Position numbers and translations under genes: made by a program. Of a stretch of DNA of 32,000 bases, positions 1-8,766 are shown one piece after another. Location of the stretch: contig NZ_CP019384.1 of NCBI RefSeq assembly GCF_004102945.1, forward strand, positions 1,710,001-1,742,000, in the 5' to 3' direction. A model generated the notes under the pieces. The model made no database searches and was not told the origin of the DNA. It saw nothing but the letters and a program-made list of their open reading frames with translations. Within the stretch, counting starts at the first letter, position 1. Every line of letters starts with the position of its first letter. The stretch is from Candidatus Velamenicoccus archaeovorus. Its GTDB lineage: Bacteria > Omnitrophota > Gorgyraeia > Velamenicoccales > Velamenicoccaceae.

Positions 1-2206
1 TGACGGGGTTGGGGAGATATTTTACCGCAAGACGGTCGGGTAATTCAACTTCCAATTCATCTTCTTCTACGCGCAGGCCGCCGGTTTGCAAGGGATAGCG
101 GCGCGCCTCCCTGGCGACAACCGACGTATCGAATCCGCTCATCTGGCTCATGATGCGCGACCGCCCCGCCTTGATGAAATATCTGGGGGCTTCAAAACGG
201 TAAAAGAAAATAACAGGATCTTCAAGGCTGTCAGCGTTCTTGATCGTATAATCGAGAAGACGGCCATTTTCGGAAATGGAACGCACCCTCTGCTTGATGC
301 TCTCCTCGATAAGGGAGGGCATCGTGAATCTCAGCCAATACCGCTGGGCCTGAAGGAAGAAACCTTCCGTCTGGAGCCTTCGCTCGCCCAGAATGGACTC
401 GTCCTTGCGGACTTCGATCTTTGTCTTCGTCACGGCGCGGTTATGGGAAGGCTCGAACAACGGCGTTTTTACCAACTCGTAATCCTGGGGATAGAAAACA
501 AGGACCAGCCTGTCCTGGTCCGGCTCCGGCAGGTCCCCGAAAGATGTCGTGGAAGCCGTGGCATCCATAAAAACCAGCCGCCCCCTCACTTTGACCGCGG
601 CAATCGCATGGTTGAACAAAAGACTCGGAAGGTCCTCCTGATTATCCAGTTCGTCATCCGTCGAGATCAAGACAGGATATGCCTCGATACCGGCCTTCTT
701 CAACATCGCGACAAGCAGGATAGCTTTGTCCTTGCAGTCTCCGTATTTATTGCGGAATATCTCCGGGGCCTCATGGGGCTCATAACCGGCATCGCCGTAT
801 TCCACCGCCACATAGCGGATCTCCTGCGCGCAATAATCATAGATGACGCGGATCCTTTCTTCTTCCGTCTTTTTGCCTTTCACCAGCTCCTCGACCTTGG
901 CGGCGATCGCGGCATCCGCGCGGATCTTGTCCTGATAGAGATCACGCCACCAGCGATAGATCTCCTCCCAGCTTGCAAACGTCGTCCACAGGACATAGGG
1001 GTTGATCTTGGAAACAGGCGGCATGGACGGCTCCGGGATGATCTGCGGCACATCCCTGAACTCCAGGGCATAAATACGGCTGTTTCCTGTCTCGCGGACC
1101 TGGGGCGTCATCGTGAAGCCGAACGTATTGTAGCCGGCGTTGACCACCTTATAGCGCAATTGCCGATCCCTGGGAACGGCAAGGGAAACGCGCTGCAAAA
1201 GGACCGGCTCGTCCATCTGGAGCCAATAAACACTGTCAAAATCCTTCTTGTTGGGAAGTTTGGTCTGCAGGATCCTCACCTTATATTCGATGACACACCC
1301 CGGCGCCACCTCGGGCATGGAAATGATGCGGGCCCGCGCGTTGCTGTAAAGAGGATAATTCAGGTAGAGCGAGACATCCCTGATGTTTTTGTCGCCGACG
1401 GATATGACCGTGCCGTCCGGCCGGATGGTGCGGGCATACTCAAGCTCCACGGTCTCGTAGGTCGAATCGTATGGCAGCGTCACCTCGCCATAACCCTCCT
1501 TGCCGCGGTCGTTCAATATCTTGACGACATAATGAAGTTCGGATTCAACCTGGAAGTTTTCCGTCAGACGGATCGCTTCGTCCGCCAAAAGATACAGGAC
1601 GCTGGCATCCGGATAGGCCTCGGCCGCAGGGCTCTTTTCGATCAAAGAACGGACCTCGGGCGAAACGCCGGAAAAACGCGCCTCCGGCATAGACAGGCCG
1701 ATGAGGGCGATGCGCTCCCGCGCGCGGGCGCCGAACCCGGGATCCTCCTGGATGCGGCGATAGATTTTTAGCGCCTGGTCGTAGAGATTGGATTTCTCTA
1801 AAGTCATGGCGTAATAATACAGATAATCAGGGGCCCCTTCTTCGCCCAGGCGATTAAAGACATCGAGGGCCCGGGTGTATTCGCCGTTCTGGAAAAAGGC
1901 CTCGGCGAGGAGCGACTGGGATTGAGGCGAGCGGCCGTTTTTCAGGCACTCTATCGCAAGACCAAAACGCCCCATGTTCAGGTAGAGGCGCCCCAGCTTG
2001 ACGCAGACAATGTCCCTGGCCTGACCTTCGGGCAAGGCAACCAATGTTTTCTCGTAAAGACGGGCGGCTGTCTGCGCAGCAGCCTGGGAAACAGCGGCAT
2101 AGCGGTCTGCCGTCCACGTCTCGATGTCGGAGACGCGGCAGCCGCAGAGAGACAGACAAAAGAAACATAACAAAAACGACCTTCTTATCAATAAGCGATA
2201 AGTCAT
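1..2206 (-). CDS. TPR + DUF3857 + transglutaminase-like domain lipoprotein (C-terminus lies beyond the left edge)
   Basis: Absent from the track because no stop codon lies in the window. My reverse-strand translation from ATG 2206 stays open to position 2. It starts MTYRLLIRRSFLLCFFCLSLCGC (signal peptide with lipobox-like LCGC). TPR-like repeats follow (LGRLYLNMGRFGLAIECLK, AEAFFQNGEYTRALDVF). Then comes a Cys/His/Asp transglutaminase-like core: YGDCKDKAILLVAMLKKAGIEAYPVLIS ... NHAIAAVKV ... FMDAT. The 561-aa plus-strand ORF 86..1771 is its antisense shadow. Confidence 0.8.
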   Translation of the reverse strand, partial: MTYRLLIRRSFLLCFFCLSLCGCRVSDIETWTADRYAAVSQAAAQTAARLYEKTLVALPEGQARDIVCVKLGRLYLNMGRFGLAIECLKNGRSPQSQSLLAEAFFQNGEYTRALDVFNRLGEEGAPDYLYYYAMTLEKSNLYDQALKIYRRIQEDPGFGARARERIALIGLSMPEARFSGVSPEVRSLIEKSPAAEAYPDASVLYLLADEAIRLTENFQVESELHYVVKILNDRGKEGYGEVTLPYDSTYETVELEYARTIRPDGTVISVGDKNIRDVSLYLNYPLYSNARARIISMPEVAPGCVIEYKVRILQTKLPNKKDFDSVYWLQMDEPVLLQRVSLAVPRDRQLRYKVVNAGYNTFGFTMTPQVRETGNSRIYALEFRDVPQIIPEPSMPPVSKINPYVLWTTFASWEEIYRWWRDLYQDKIRADAAIAAKVEELVKGKKTEEERIRVIYDYCAQEIRYVAVEYGDAGYEPHEAPEIFRNKYGDCKDKAILLVAMLKKAGIEAYPVLISTDDELDNQEDLPSLLFNHAIAAVKVRGRLVFMDATASTTSFGDLPEPDQDRLVLVFYPQDYELVKTPLFEPSHNRAVTKTKIEVRKDESILGERRLQTEGFFLQAQRYWLRFTMPSLIEESIKQRVRSISENGRLLDYTIKNADSLEDPVIFFYRFEAPRYFIKAGRSRIMSQMSGFDTSVVAREARRYPLQTGGLRVEEDELEVELPDRLAVKYLPNPV

Positions 2207-2225
2207 AAGTTTTAAGTCCTAAGCT
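2191..2225. repeat. Tandem heptamer array (ATAAGCG ATAAGTC ATAAGTT TTAAGTC CTAAGCT)
   Basis: Five consecutive 7-nt units with AAG in fixed phase, read directly from the sequence. The array overlaps the predicted ATG (2206..2204) of the lipoprotein gene. Confidence 0.8.
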
Positions 2226-2231
2226 TTTTCA

Positions 2232-2351
2232 TCAAACCCTGAGCATCTTTCCTATCTCTTCAGACTTAGCAAACATATCCTTAAAAACGCCATCATTTGC
2301 GAGCGCTAAACTGTGTGCCTTACTCCAAACCTTCAAATCTTTAAAGTTCAT
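2232..2351 (-). pseudogene. Internally deleted remnant of a four-helix-bundle protein gene (23S rRNA intervening-sequence protein family)
   Basis: 39-codon ORF, apparently below the track's size cutoff: MNFKDLKVWSKAHSLALANDGVFKDMFAKSEEIGKMLRV*. The first ~17 aa match the family's conserved start (f-x-dL-x-vW-x-kA). The last ~12 aa match its C-terminal helix (eEigkmL). About 80 central residues, including the NIAEG block, are missing. The patch is AT-rich compared with its neighbours. Confidence 0.55.
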
Positions 2352-2360
2352 ATTTTCTTC

Positions 2361-2395
2361 CTAACTTATGTTTTATAACTTACAGCTTAAAGCTA
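2361..2395. repeat. Heptamer array in inverted orientation (CTAACTT ATGTTTT ATAACTT ACAGCTT AAAGCTA)
   Basis: 7-nt periodicity, with CTT in fixed phase in three of the five units; CTT is the reverse complement of the AAG phase of array 2191-2225. The two arrays flank the four-helix-bundle remnant. Confidence 0.7.
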
Positions 2396-2397
2396 TT

Positions 2398-3258
2398 CTA
2401 CCGGATACGGCACGTCTTCTCAATGTCGTTTTGATAAACCGTGACGAGACGGCTGGTCACCGGTCCCGGATGGCCGCAACCGACAGGCTTGCCGTTGTAT
2501 CGTGTCACGGCCGCAACGCCAACGAGGGCGTTCGTCACAAAGATCTCATCGCAGCCATAGAGCCATTCGGGGCCGAATGCCGTCTCATAACAACGGACCT
2601 TCATGCCGGCCAGGAGTTCCAAAACTCTCGCTCGCGTGATGCCGGGCAGACAGCCGCCCTCCAGGGACGGCGTCAGGACATCCCCCTGCTTGACACAAAA
2701 GACGTTCGTGCGCGACCCTTCCACCACCTCAAAGCCGGCATTCAGGAAAAACGCCTCATCCGCTTTGCGGGAAGCGGCAAACAGGCCGACACGGCGGTAA
2801 AAATCCCGATGAGTGGTTTTCACGCAAGGGACGCCGGAAAACCCAGCCCGTTCTTTATCGTACAGAACGGCGGAAAACACAGGGGCTTTCTTCGAAGAAA
2901 TCTCGACGGGCAACGGCCTCTCCACTATGCAAACTTCTGTTTTGCGGCGACTCGCCCCGCCACAAACCCCATTGGCAGCAGGGGCTGTCGAAACAACCAA
3001 CCGCAGGGCGCCATCCCGCAGGCCGTTACGCCGGATCAATTCCCTCACAGCCCCCGCAAGTCCCCGGCAGCTCGGGGCTTTAAGGCCGACAACCGGACAG
3101 CTTGCATACAAGCGTTCCAGGTGCCTCTCTAGAAGATACACCCTGGCATGGCGCACGCGCATGGTCTCAAACAAACCGGCACCTGACTTCAGGCAGGCCG
3201 CGCCGGTGCCGGCCGCAGCCTGCCGGATAAAATGCCCGTCAAGATATAGCTGTTTCAT
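2398..3258 (-). CDS. pabC: Aminodeoxychorismate lyase (class IV PLP aminotransferase fold)
   Basis: 286-aa ORF with class IV blocks RTNVFCVKQGDVLTP and GCLPGITRARVLE. Its ATG overlaps the pabB stop (ATGA). Confidence 0.75.
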   Translation of the reverse strand: MKQLYLDGHFIRQAAAGTGAACLKSGAGLFETMRVRHARVYLLERHLERLYASCPVVGLKAPSCRGLAGAVRELIRRNGLRDGALRLVVSTAPAANGVCGGASRRKTEVCIVERPLPVEISSKKAPVFSAVLYDKERAGFSGVPCVKTTHRDFYRRVGLFAASRKADEAFFLNAGFEVVEGSRTNVFCVKQGDVLTPSLEGGCLPGITRARVLELLAGMKVRCYETAFGPEWLYGCDEIFVTNALVGVAAVTRYNGKPVGCGHPGPVTSRLVTVYQNDIEKTCRIR

Positions 3259-4676
3259 AACTCCTGCTTTCCTGTCAAGGCCTCGAATAAAACGCGTGCC
3301 TTGACCAGGGTCTCCTCATATTCCTTCCGGGGATCCGAATCCGCGACAATGCCGCCGCCGACATGAAAGCTCACCCTCTCTTTTTGTTTCAGAAGCGTGC
3401 GGATGAGGATGCTGAATTGCAGCGTCTCATGGAAACTCATATATCCCAGCGACCCCGTATAGATGCCGCGGGCTACAGGCTCCAGCTCCTCGATCAATTC
3501 CATGGCGCGGATCTTCGGACACCCCGTTATCGACCCGCCGGGGAAACAAGCCCTCAATAAATCCCAACGGTCGCAACTGGGGCCAAGCCGGCCTTCGATC
3601 TCCGACGTCGCCTGAAAGACCGTCCGGTAGGCCTCGATGGTCCGCTTCTGGCGCAGACGCACCGTGCCGTAGTCGCAGACCCGTCCGAGATCGTTACGCT
3701 CCAGATCGACGACCATCAACAACTCCGCCTTCTCTTTTGCGCTCTCCCACAGCTCCCGCCTGTTCCGCCCATCTTTGCGGCGGTCGCCCGTCCTGGGGCG
3801 CGTCCCCTTCATCGGCCTCGTCGTCACCGTCCTGCCGTCGTAAGACAAAAATTGTTCGGGAGAAGCGCTGATAATGCTGAAATCATCGCCGCGAAAAAAT
3901 GCGCCGAAAGAAACGGGAAAAGCGCGGACGAGACGTTCATAAAGCTGCCAGTCTTCCAAAGAGGTACGGCCGGTGAACCGCTGAGACAGGTTGATCTGGT
4001 AAATGTCGCCTGCCGCGATATGCCCCTTGGCCTTCCTGACCGCCGCAAGATATCCTTTTTTGGTAAAATCTGACCGCCAGTCAGACGGGCCCGGCAAAAA
4101 TGGCTCCTGGCGCAAAACGCGCCCGTCTGGCCCGGATGCTTCCAGCGCGGCCAGCATCTCTTCGAGGCGCCGCCGGGCCCTTTTCTTGCGGCTGCGCCCG
4201 TGTTCGGGAAAACCGCTTGAAAAAACAAGCATCTCGTTTTTGAGCCGGTCGAAGACGGCGGCGCCATCATAAAGGCCGAACAGGACATCGGGCACGCCTG
4301 TCGGAGGTTTTTTCCTGCGCCGGATATTCTCGAAAGAAAAACCAAAATCATACCCCACGAATCCCGCCGCCCCGCACAAAAACGGATAGGCCAGGCGCTC
4401 ATCTTCGGCCAGGACGTATTCTTCCAGGCACGACCGCAAGAAGCCGCCGACAGAATCTTTGATCTCCTCTTCCCTGTTTCCTTTCTTGAGTGTCGTGCGG
4501 CCGTTCTGGCAGCGCAAGACGGCAAAAGGTAAAACGCCGAAAAAAGAAAAACGGCCGCGCCGGGAATGCCCCTGCGCGCTCTCCAAGAGGAATGCGTGCG
4601 GTTCGCCGGAAAAAGACCCAAAATACCGGCGCACAGGCGCCGGGCCTTTGATCAACTTATAGGAAACATGCATCAT
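3255..4676 (-). CDS. pabB: Aminodeoxychorismate synthase component I (chorismate-binding enzyme)
   Basis: 473-aa ORF with PGGSITGCPKIRAMELIEELE and RGIYTGSLGYM signatures. Translationally coupled to a class IV aminotransferase gene, which favours PabB over TrpE. Confidence 0.8.
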   Translation of the reverse strand: MMHVSYKLIKGPAPVRRYFGSFSGEPHAFLLESAQGHSRRGRFSFFGVLPFAVLRCQNGRTTLKKGNREEEIKDSVGGFLRSCLEEYVLAEDERLAYPFLCGAAGFVGYDFGFSFENIRRRKKPPTGVPDVLFGLYDGAAVFDRLKNEMLVFSSGFPEHGRSRKKRARRRLEEMLAALEASGPDGRVLRQEPFLPGPSDWRSDFTKKGYLAAVRKAKGHIAAGDIYQINLSQRFTGRTSLEDWQLYERLVRAFPVSFGAFFRGDDFSIISASPEQFLSYDGRTVTTRPMKGTRPRTGDRRKDGRNRRELWESAKEKAELLMVVDLERNDLGRVCDYGTVRLRQKRTIEAYRTVFQATSEIEGRLGPSCDRWDLLRACFPGGSITGCPKIRAMELIEELEPVARGIYTGSLGYMSFHETLQFSILIRTLLKQKERVSFHVGGGIVADSDPRKEYEETLVKARVLFEALTGKQEL

Positions 4677-5565
4677 CTTTCAGGAGAACGGTGTAATTCG
4701 GGACGATCTGCGCCGGATGGTACATTTCTTTTGTCCGGCGGATGTTATCAAGACCGACGGCATCCATGATGTTGATCTCTTCAGAGAGGCTGCAGCGACG
4801 GCTGAATTCCCGGAAGACATAGGCGGCGATCCCCTTCAGGGCGAGGTCCGCAAATTCAAAGTTAATGCAGAATTTCCCGTCGGAGAGAAGAAAACCGGAG
4901 CTGAAGGCCGCCGGGCGGCCGCCGCACTCCACGACCACAGCTTTCGCTTTCAACCCCGCAAACGACCCCAGCATGGCCTCCAAGACCCGGCGGCTGTCGT
5001 CGAGCATCGCCAGATAAATATCATCGCGCCCTTTCTCTCTTCGCTGCGCCGCCCACCGGTCATAGAGGCCCAAAACCGCGCGGCGGTCGCCCGGCCGGTA
5101 CGCCCGCACCCGGGCCCGGCAGTGTTTTTCAAAATAATTGCAAAGGTTCCTCTGGTGCCGGTAGCTGTTGCCGGCGAGCGCGGCCATGTCTCGACGGCGC
5201 ACGACATACTCGTCGCATTTCTTGTAATGACGAAAGGTTTTATGATCGAACACAGCCAGATCCTCTGCGGCCGCGTTTTCGATGCGCGAGATGTCCCGGT
5301 TGCGGTTTTTCTCTTCCATGAACCGGAAACACTCTTTCAAGATCCCTTCATCGCCGCAGCCGAGGGGCGGCAGATACATAAAACAACCGGCCCTATTTTC
5401 AAAAAAACAACACAAGGCATCCTGCACAAAGGCCCAGCGGATCGCAAACAAGCGGCGCCAGACGACGATGTTGGCAAAGGCATACGCCGCCAGCGGCCGG
5501 CGGACCCTTGAGAGATAACGATCGAAGATCCCGCGGTCAGAAAGACGAAGAAGACGAAGTTTCAT
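4657..5565 (-). CDS. DUF2156 domain protein (MprF C-terminal, aminoacyl-tRNA transferase-like GNAT fold)
   Basis: 302-aa ORF. GNSYRHQRNLCNYFEK and IMDAVGLDNIRRTKEMYHP resemble the conserved G-k-x-y-x-x-KRN and D-x-G-x-x-gLR-x-x-K-x-x-Y-x-P blocks of DUF2156. Its stop overlaps the pabB start by 20 nt. Confidence 0.65.
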   Translation of the reverse strand: MKLRLLRLSDRGIFDRYLSRVRRPLAAYAFANIVVWRRLFAIRWAFVQDALCCFFENRAGCFMYLPPLGCGDEGILKECFRFMEEKNRNRDISRIENAAAEDLAVFDHKTFRHYKKCDEYVVRRRDMAALAGNSYRHQRNLCNYFEKHCRARVRAYRPGDRRAVLGLYDRWAAQRREKGRDDIYLAMLDDSRRVLEAMLGSFAGLKAKAVVVECGGRPAAFSSGFLLSDGKFCINFEFADLALKGIAAYVFREFSRRCSLSEEINIMDAVGLDNIRRTKEMYHPAQIVPNYTVLLKDDACFL

Positions 5566-5577
5566 GTGTCTATAGGA

Positions 5578-6099
5578 TCAAAGTCCAGGCAAGACGGCCA
5601 CGACATCATAATCCGACGGATATTCCTGGAATAGCCGCGGCTCTCTCGCCGCCGCATCCTTGAAGGCCTGCGAAAGAAGAAACTTTTTAAGATAGACAAT
5701 GTATTCGCGGGTCAAGGCATCCTCCAGGTGTTCGCGGATATACGGGCACTTGGTATCCACGGCAAGGACCGCCTGTCCCTCGTGGCGCGCCAGAAGGAAC
5801 GGATAGATCTGGCAATCGAGCGGCCGGGAAGGATATATCTTGCATTTCCGGCCGGAGGCGTCGAAACAGGAACAGATGAAATGATCCCCGTCGGCCACGA
5901 GGTCGATGCGCGCCGCCTGGTGGCCGGAGGCACCCTCATGGCTGAAGACACAGCTGGGGACGATATCTTTTTGCGTCAGCTCCCTGATCTCCTCGAAAAG
6001 GAACAAAGGCGACCAGGCGCTCGGGTTCTCGGCGAAACGACAGCAGCCGTCGCAGGACAAACACACATCCGAAGGTATCAACTGCCGCAGGACGATCAT
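5578..6099 (-). CDS. YkgJ-family CxxCxxCC cysteine-cluster protein
   Basis: 173-aa ORF with N-terminal CLSCDGCCRF and a second Cys group (CSCF, CKIY, CQIYP). Its ATG overlaps the upstream stop (ATGA). Confidence 0.75.
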   Translation of the reverse strand: MIVLRQLIPSDVCLSCDGCCRFAENPSAWSPLFLFEEIRELTQKDIVPSCVFSHEGASGHQAARIDLVADGDHFICSCFDASGRKCKIYPSRPLDCQIYPFLLARHEGQAVLAVDTKCPYIREHLEDALTREYIVYLKKFLLSQAFKDAAAREPRLFQEYPSDYDVVAVLPGL

Positions 6100-6518
6100 G
6101 ACTCTCCCTGAAGCTGGACAATAATCTTCCTCTCCCGGGGGCGGTTATCGAAATCGACCAGGACGATCTGCTGCCAGGTGCCCGAAGCGAGTCTGCCTTT
6201 CAAGAAAGGAACGGCGAGGGACGGTTTTAACAGCGAAGCGCGCAGGTGGGAAAACCCGTTGGCATCCCCCCAGGTCGCATCATGATGGTATCCCTTCTTC
6301 TCCGGGATAAGCTTCTCAAAAAAAACCCTGATGTCCTGCTCGAGGCCCGGCTCGTATTCGCAGGTCGTCAGGCCGGCTGTGGAACCGACGACAAAAACAA
6401 ACACCATCCCTTCTTTCAAGCCCGAACGCGCCACCACGCCGGAGACATCCGACGATATATCGACGATATCGCAATGCCCCTTGGTTTGATAAGTCAATTC
6501 TTGAGAAAATATTTTCAT
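6096..6518 (-). CDS. YjbQ/UPF0047 family protein (secondary thiamine-phosphate synthase family)
   Basis: The track ORF starts at an alternative codon inside the heptamer repeat. I prefer ATG 6518 (MKIFSQELTYQTKGHCDIVDIS...). HHDATWGDANGFSHLRASL and QQIVLVDFDNRPRERK are typical of the family. Confidence 0.85.
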   Translation of the reverse strand: MKIFSQELTYQTKGHCDIVDISSDVSGVVARSGLKEGMVFVFVVGSTAGLTTCEYEPGLEQDIRVFFEKLIPEKKGYHHDATWGDANGFSHLRASLLKPSLAVPFLKGRLASGTWQQIVLVDFDNRPRERKIIVQLQGES

Positions 6519-6519
6519 G

Positions 6520-6654
6520 CAATCACCAATAACCAAGTGACAAACTCCAAACAAAACCTAATATCCAATCACCAAACATCAAACGTCCTTCTCTGGTCAT
6601 TCGAATTTGGTTATTGGGCATTGCTTGGTTATCGCGTCTTGGGATTTGGTTATT
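6520..6654. repeat. Inverted pair of 7-nt periodic arrays (AAnnnCC units on the left, GGnnATT units on the right)
   Basis: Left, 6521-6548: AATCACC AATAACC AAGTGAC AAACTCC. Right, 6595-6654: GGTCATT CGAATTT GGTTATT GGGCATT .. GGTTATC GCGTCTT GGGATTT GGTTATT. The two unit types are reverse complements of each other. The element fills the whole spacer and contains the TAA stop (6650-6652) of the upstream gene. Confidence 0.75.
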
Positions 6655-6970
6655 TTACAATACTGCCTTCTTTGACGGTGCGGTCGGGAGAGAGCACAGA
6701 AACGCCCGCGTCATCGGAGGCCGCCAAAAGCATCCCCTGGCTCTCGACGCCGCGGATGACCGCCGGCTCCAGGTTGTCGACGAGGACGACTTGGCGGCCG
6801 ACGAGCTTTTCGGCTTCATAAAAAAGACGGATGCCGGCGACGATCTGCTTGATCGTTCCGCCAACATCGACAGTCAGGACATAAAGGCGGTCCGCCTGGG
6901 GGTGGGGTACGGCCGTCTTGATCGTCGCGATCTTCAACTCTGCCTTCCTGAAATCCTCATAAGTGATCAT
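6650..6970 (-). CDS. tRNA-binding domain protein (CsaA / MetRS C-terminal EMAP-like)
   Basis: 106-aa ORF. DFRKAELKIATIKTAVPHPQADRLYVLTVDVG ... VVLVDNLEPAVIRGVESQGMLLAA is the typical OB-fold tRNA-binding domain pattern. Confidence 0.8.
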   Translation of the reverse strand: MITYEDFRKAELKIATIKTAVPHPQADRLYVLTVDVGGTIKQIVAGIRLFYEAEKLVGRQVVLVDNLEPAVIRGVESQGMLLAASDDAGVSVLSPDRTVKEGSIVK

Positions 6971-7024
6971 GATTGCCTGCTCTTCCTTTGTGTGAGATGA
7001 CCCAAACGACTTTTGCTTATCCTT

Positions 7025-8389
7025 TTAAACGCCGAGGCCTTTAAGTTCTTTTAAGGCCTCCTCGATCATCTCCTTCGGATAGTGGAAATCCTTGAGGTTG
7101 CCGGAGAGATAATTGTCATAAGCGGTCAGGTCAAAATGGCCGTGACCGCTGTAATTGATCACGATGCATTTGGCTTTCTTCTGTTCCCTGGCAACCAGGG
7201 CCTCCTGGATACCGGCGTGAATGGCGTGCGCCGTCTCCGGCGCAGGCAGATGCCCCTCGGCCTTGGCAAAAAGGATCGCCGAAGAAAAGATCCCTGTCTG
7301 GGAAACGGAGACGGGACGGATGATCTTTTTGTCGATCAGCGCGCTCACGAGAGGTGCGCAACCGTGATAACGCAGTCCGCCGGCGTGGATGCCGGGCGGA
7401 ATGAAGCTGTGGCCAAGCGTGTACATCTTCAACAGCGGCGTCAGCTTGGCCGTGTCCCCATAATCATAACAGAAAGGCCCGGCAGTCATCGTCGGACACG
7501 CCGTCGGTTCTACGGCCACAAAATCGATCTTGGCCCCTTTGAGCTTGTCCTTGACAAACGGGAACACAAGCCCCGCAAAATTACTGCCGCCGCCGACACA
7601 CCCGACAAGGACGTCCGGTTTTTCGCCGATCATCTTGAGCTGTTTTTTGGTTTCCAGGCCGATCACGGACTGATGCAAGAGCACGTGATTCAAGACGCTC
7701 CCTAAAGAATACTTGGCGTCGTCGTGCGTCGCCGCGTCTTCGACCGCCTCTGAAATGGCAATCCCCAGACTCCCCGGCGTATGAGGATGCTTTTTAAGGA
7801 TCTCCCGGCCGACGCGGGTATGCTCCGAAGGGGACGCAAAGACTTCGGCGCCCCAGATATGCATGAGGGATTTCCTGTGGGGTTTTTGCTCAAAACTCAC
7901 CTTGACCATATACACCGTGCACTTCAATCCGAAGATGCTGCAGGCGTGGGACAGGGCGGATCCCCACTGGCCTGCGCCTGTCTCCGTGCAGATGCGGTTA
8001 ACGCCCTCTTTCTTGTTGTAATACACCTGGGCAATGGCCGTATTGGCCTTGTGACTGCCCGGCGGGCTCAAGGATTCATCTTTGTAATAGATACGCGCCG
8101 GCGTCTTTAAGGCCTTCTCAAGACGCACGGCCCGCTTCAATGGCGACGGCCGCCAGATCTTGTAGATCTCGCGGATCTCGTCCGGGATATCGATCCAGCG
8201 CTCCCGGCTCAACTCCTGTCTGATCAGAGACTTCGGGAATATCGGCTCCAGGTCCTTAGGATCCAGGGGTTTCTTGGTCGCCGGATTCATGGGCGGAGCC
8301 AGCTCAAACGGCAGGTCTGCGGCAACGTTATACCACGAGCGGGGAATATCCTTCTCCGACAAATAGATCTTTTCGTCAGATGTCTTCAT
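7025..8389 (-). CDS. trpB: TrpB-like PLP-dependent enzyme (tryptophan synthase beta chain, TrpB2 clade)
   Basis: 454-aa ORF with PLP-lysine motif [10 protein letters not shown] and GGGSNFAG. The long N-terminal extension ([14 protein letters not shown]) is typical of TrpB2. No trpA is adjacent. Confidence 0.85.
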   Translation of the reverse strand: MKTSDEKIYLSEKDIPRSWYNVAADLPFELAPPMNPATKKPLDPKDLEPIFPKSLIRQELSRERWIDIPDEIREIYKIWRPSPLKRAVRLEKALKTPARIYYKDESLSPPGSHKANTAIAQVYYNKKEGVNRICTETGAGQWGSALSHACSIFGLKCTVYMVKVSFEQKPHRKSLMHIWGAEVFASPSEHTRVGREILKKHPHTPGSLGIAISEAVEDAATHDDAKYSLGSVLNHVLLHQSVIGLETKKQLKMIGEKPDVLVGCVGGGSNFAGLVFPFVKDKLKGAKIDFVAVEPTACPTMTAGPFCYDYGDTAKLTPLLKMYTLGHSFIPPGIHAGGLRYHGCAPLVSALIDKKIIRPVSVSQTGIFSSAILFAKAEGHLPAPETAHAIHAGIQEALVAREQKKAKCIVINYSGHGHFDLTAYDNYLSGNLKDFHYPKEMIEEALKELKGLGV

Positions 8390-8399
8390 AGGATGACCC

Positions 8400-8675
8400 T
8401 CACTTGATTTTGTCTTCCAGTCTCTTTAAGCGTGCCAGAATTTCATTGGTCTTGAGATAGCCGCAGATCAGCTCACGGATGAACGCCGTCAACAGAAAGA
8501 TGACAAAGAACGCCACCCCAAGCGAAATCCACGGATGCTGCCGGATAAACTGTCCCCAAGCATCCATCCAGCTGGGCCGCTGGATACGCTGGGAGGCCTG
8601 GGTAAAGGCCTCGATCAAGGCATTACGGAAGGCTTCGCTATCCTGGAGCACGGGGTCAAAGGAATTATAGGGCAT
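8400..8675 (-). CDS. Hypothetical small membrane protein
   Basis: 91-aa ORF with AGGAG 4 nt upstream of the ATG. One hydrophobic helix ([18 protein letters not shown]). Only a 10-nt gap to trpB. First gene after the predicted promoter. Confidence 0.6.
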   Translation of the reverse strand: MPYNSFDPVLQDSEAFRNALIEAFTQASQRIQRPSWMDAWGQFIRQHPWISLGVAFFVIFLLTAFIRELICGYLKTNEILARLKRLEDKIK

Positions 8676-8698
8676 AAGTCTCCTGTTTTTAGGACATT

Positions 8699-8727
8699 AT
8701 TATACCCTGAGATGGAGGGATTTTGAA
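8699..8727 (-). promoter_or_regulatory. Sigma70-like promoter for the 8675->2398 operon (TTCAAA - 17 nt - TATAAT)
   Basis: On the minus strand the -35 TTCAAA is at 8727..8722 and the -10 TATAAT at 8704..8699, with a 17-nt spacer. The -10 lies ~24 nt upstream of ATG 8675. Confidence 0.45.
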
Positions 8728-8766
8728 TAGAAATCACGGGGAAGGACCCCCTCCGCTTGACCACTC

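Noticed and set aside
86-1771. 561-aa plus-strand ORF, the longest ORF in the left 2 kb of the track
   Set aside because: Arg/Gly/Pro-rich with no recognisable domain. It lies exactly antisense to a clean transglutaminase-like/TPR reading frame that is open from 2206 to the window edge, so it is an antisense shadow ORF.
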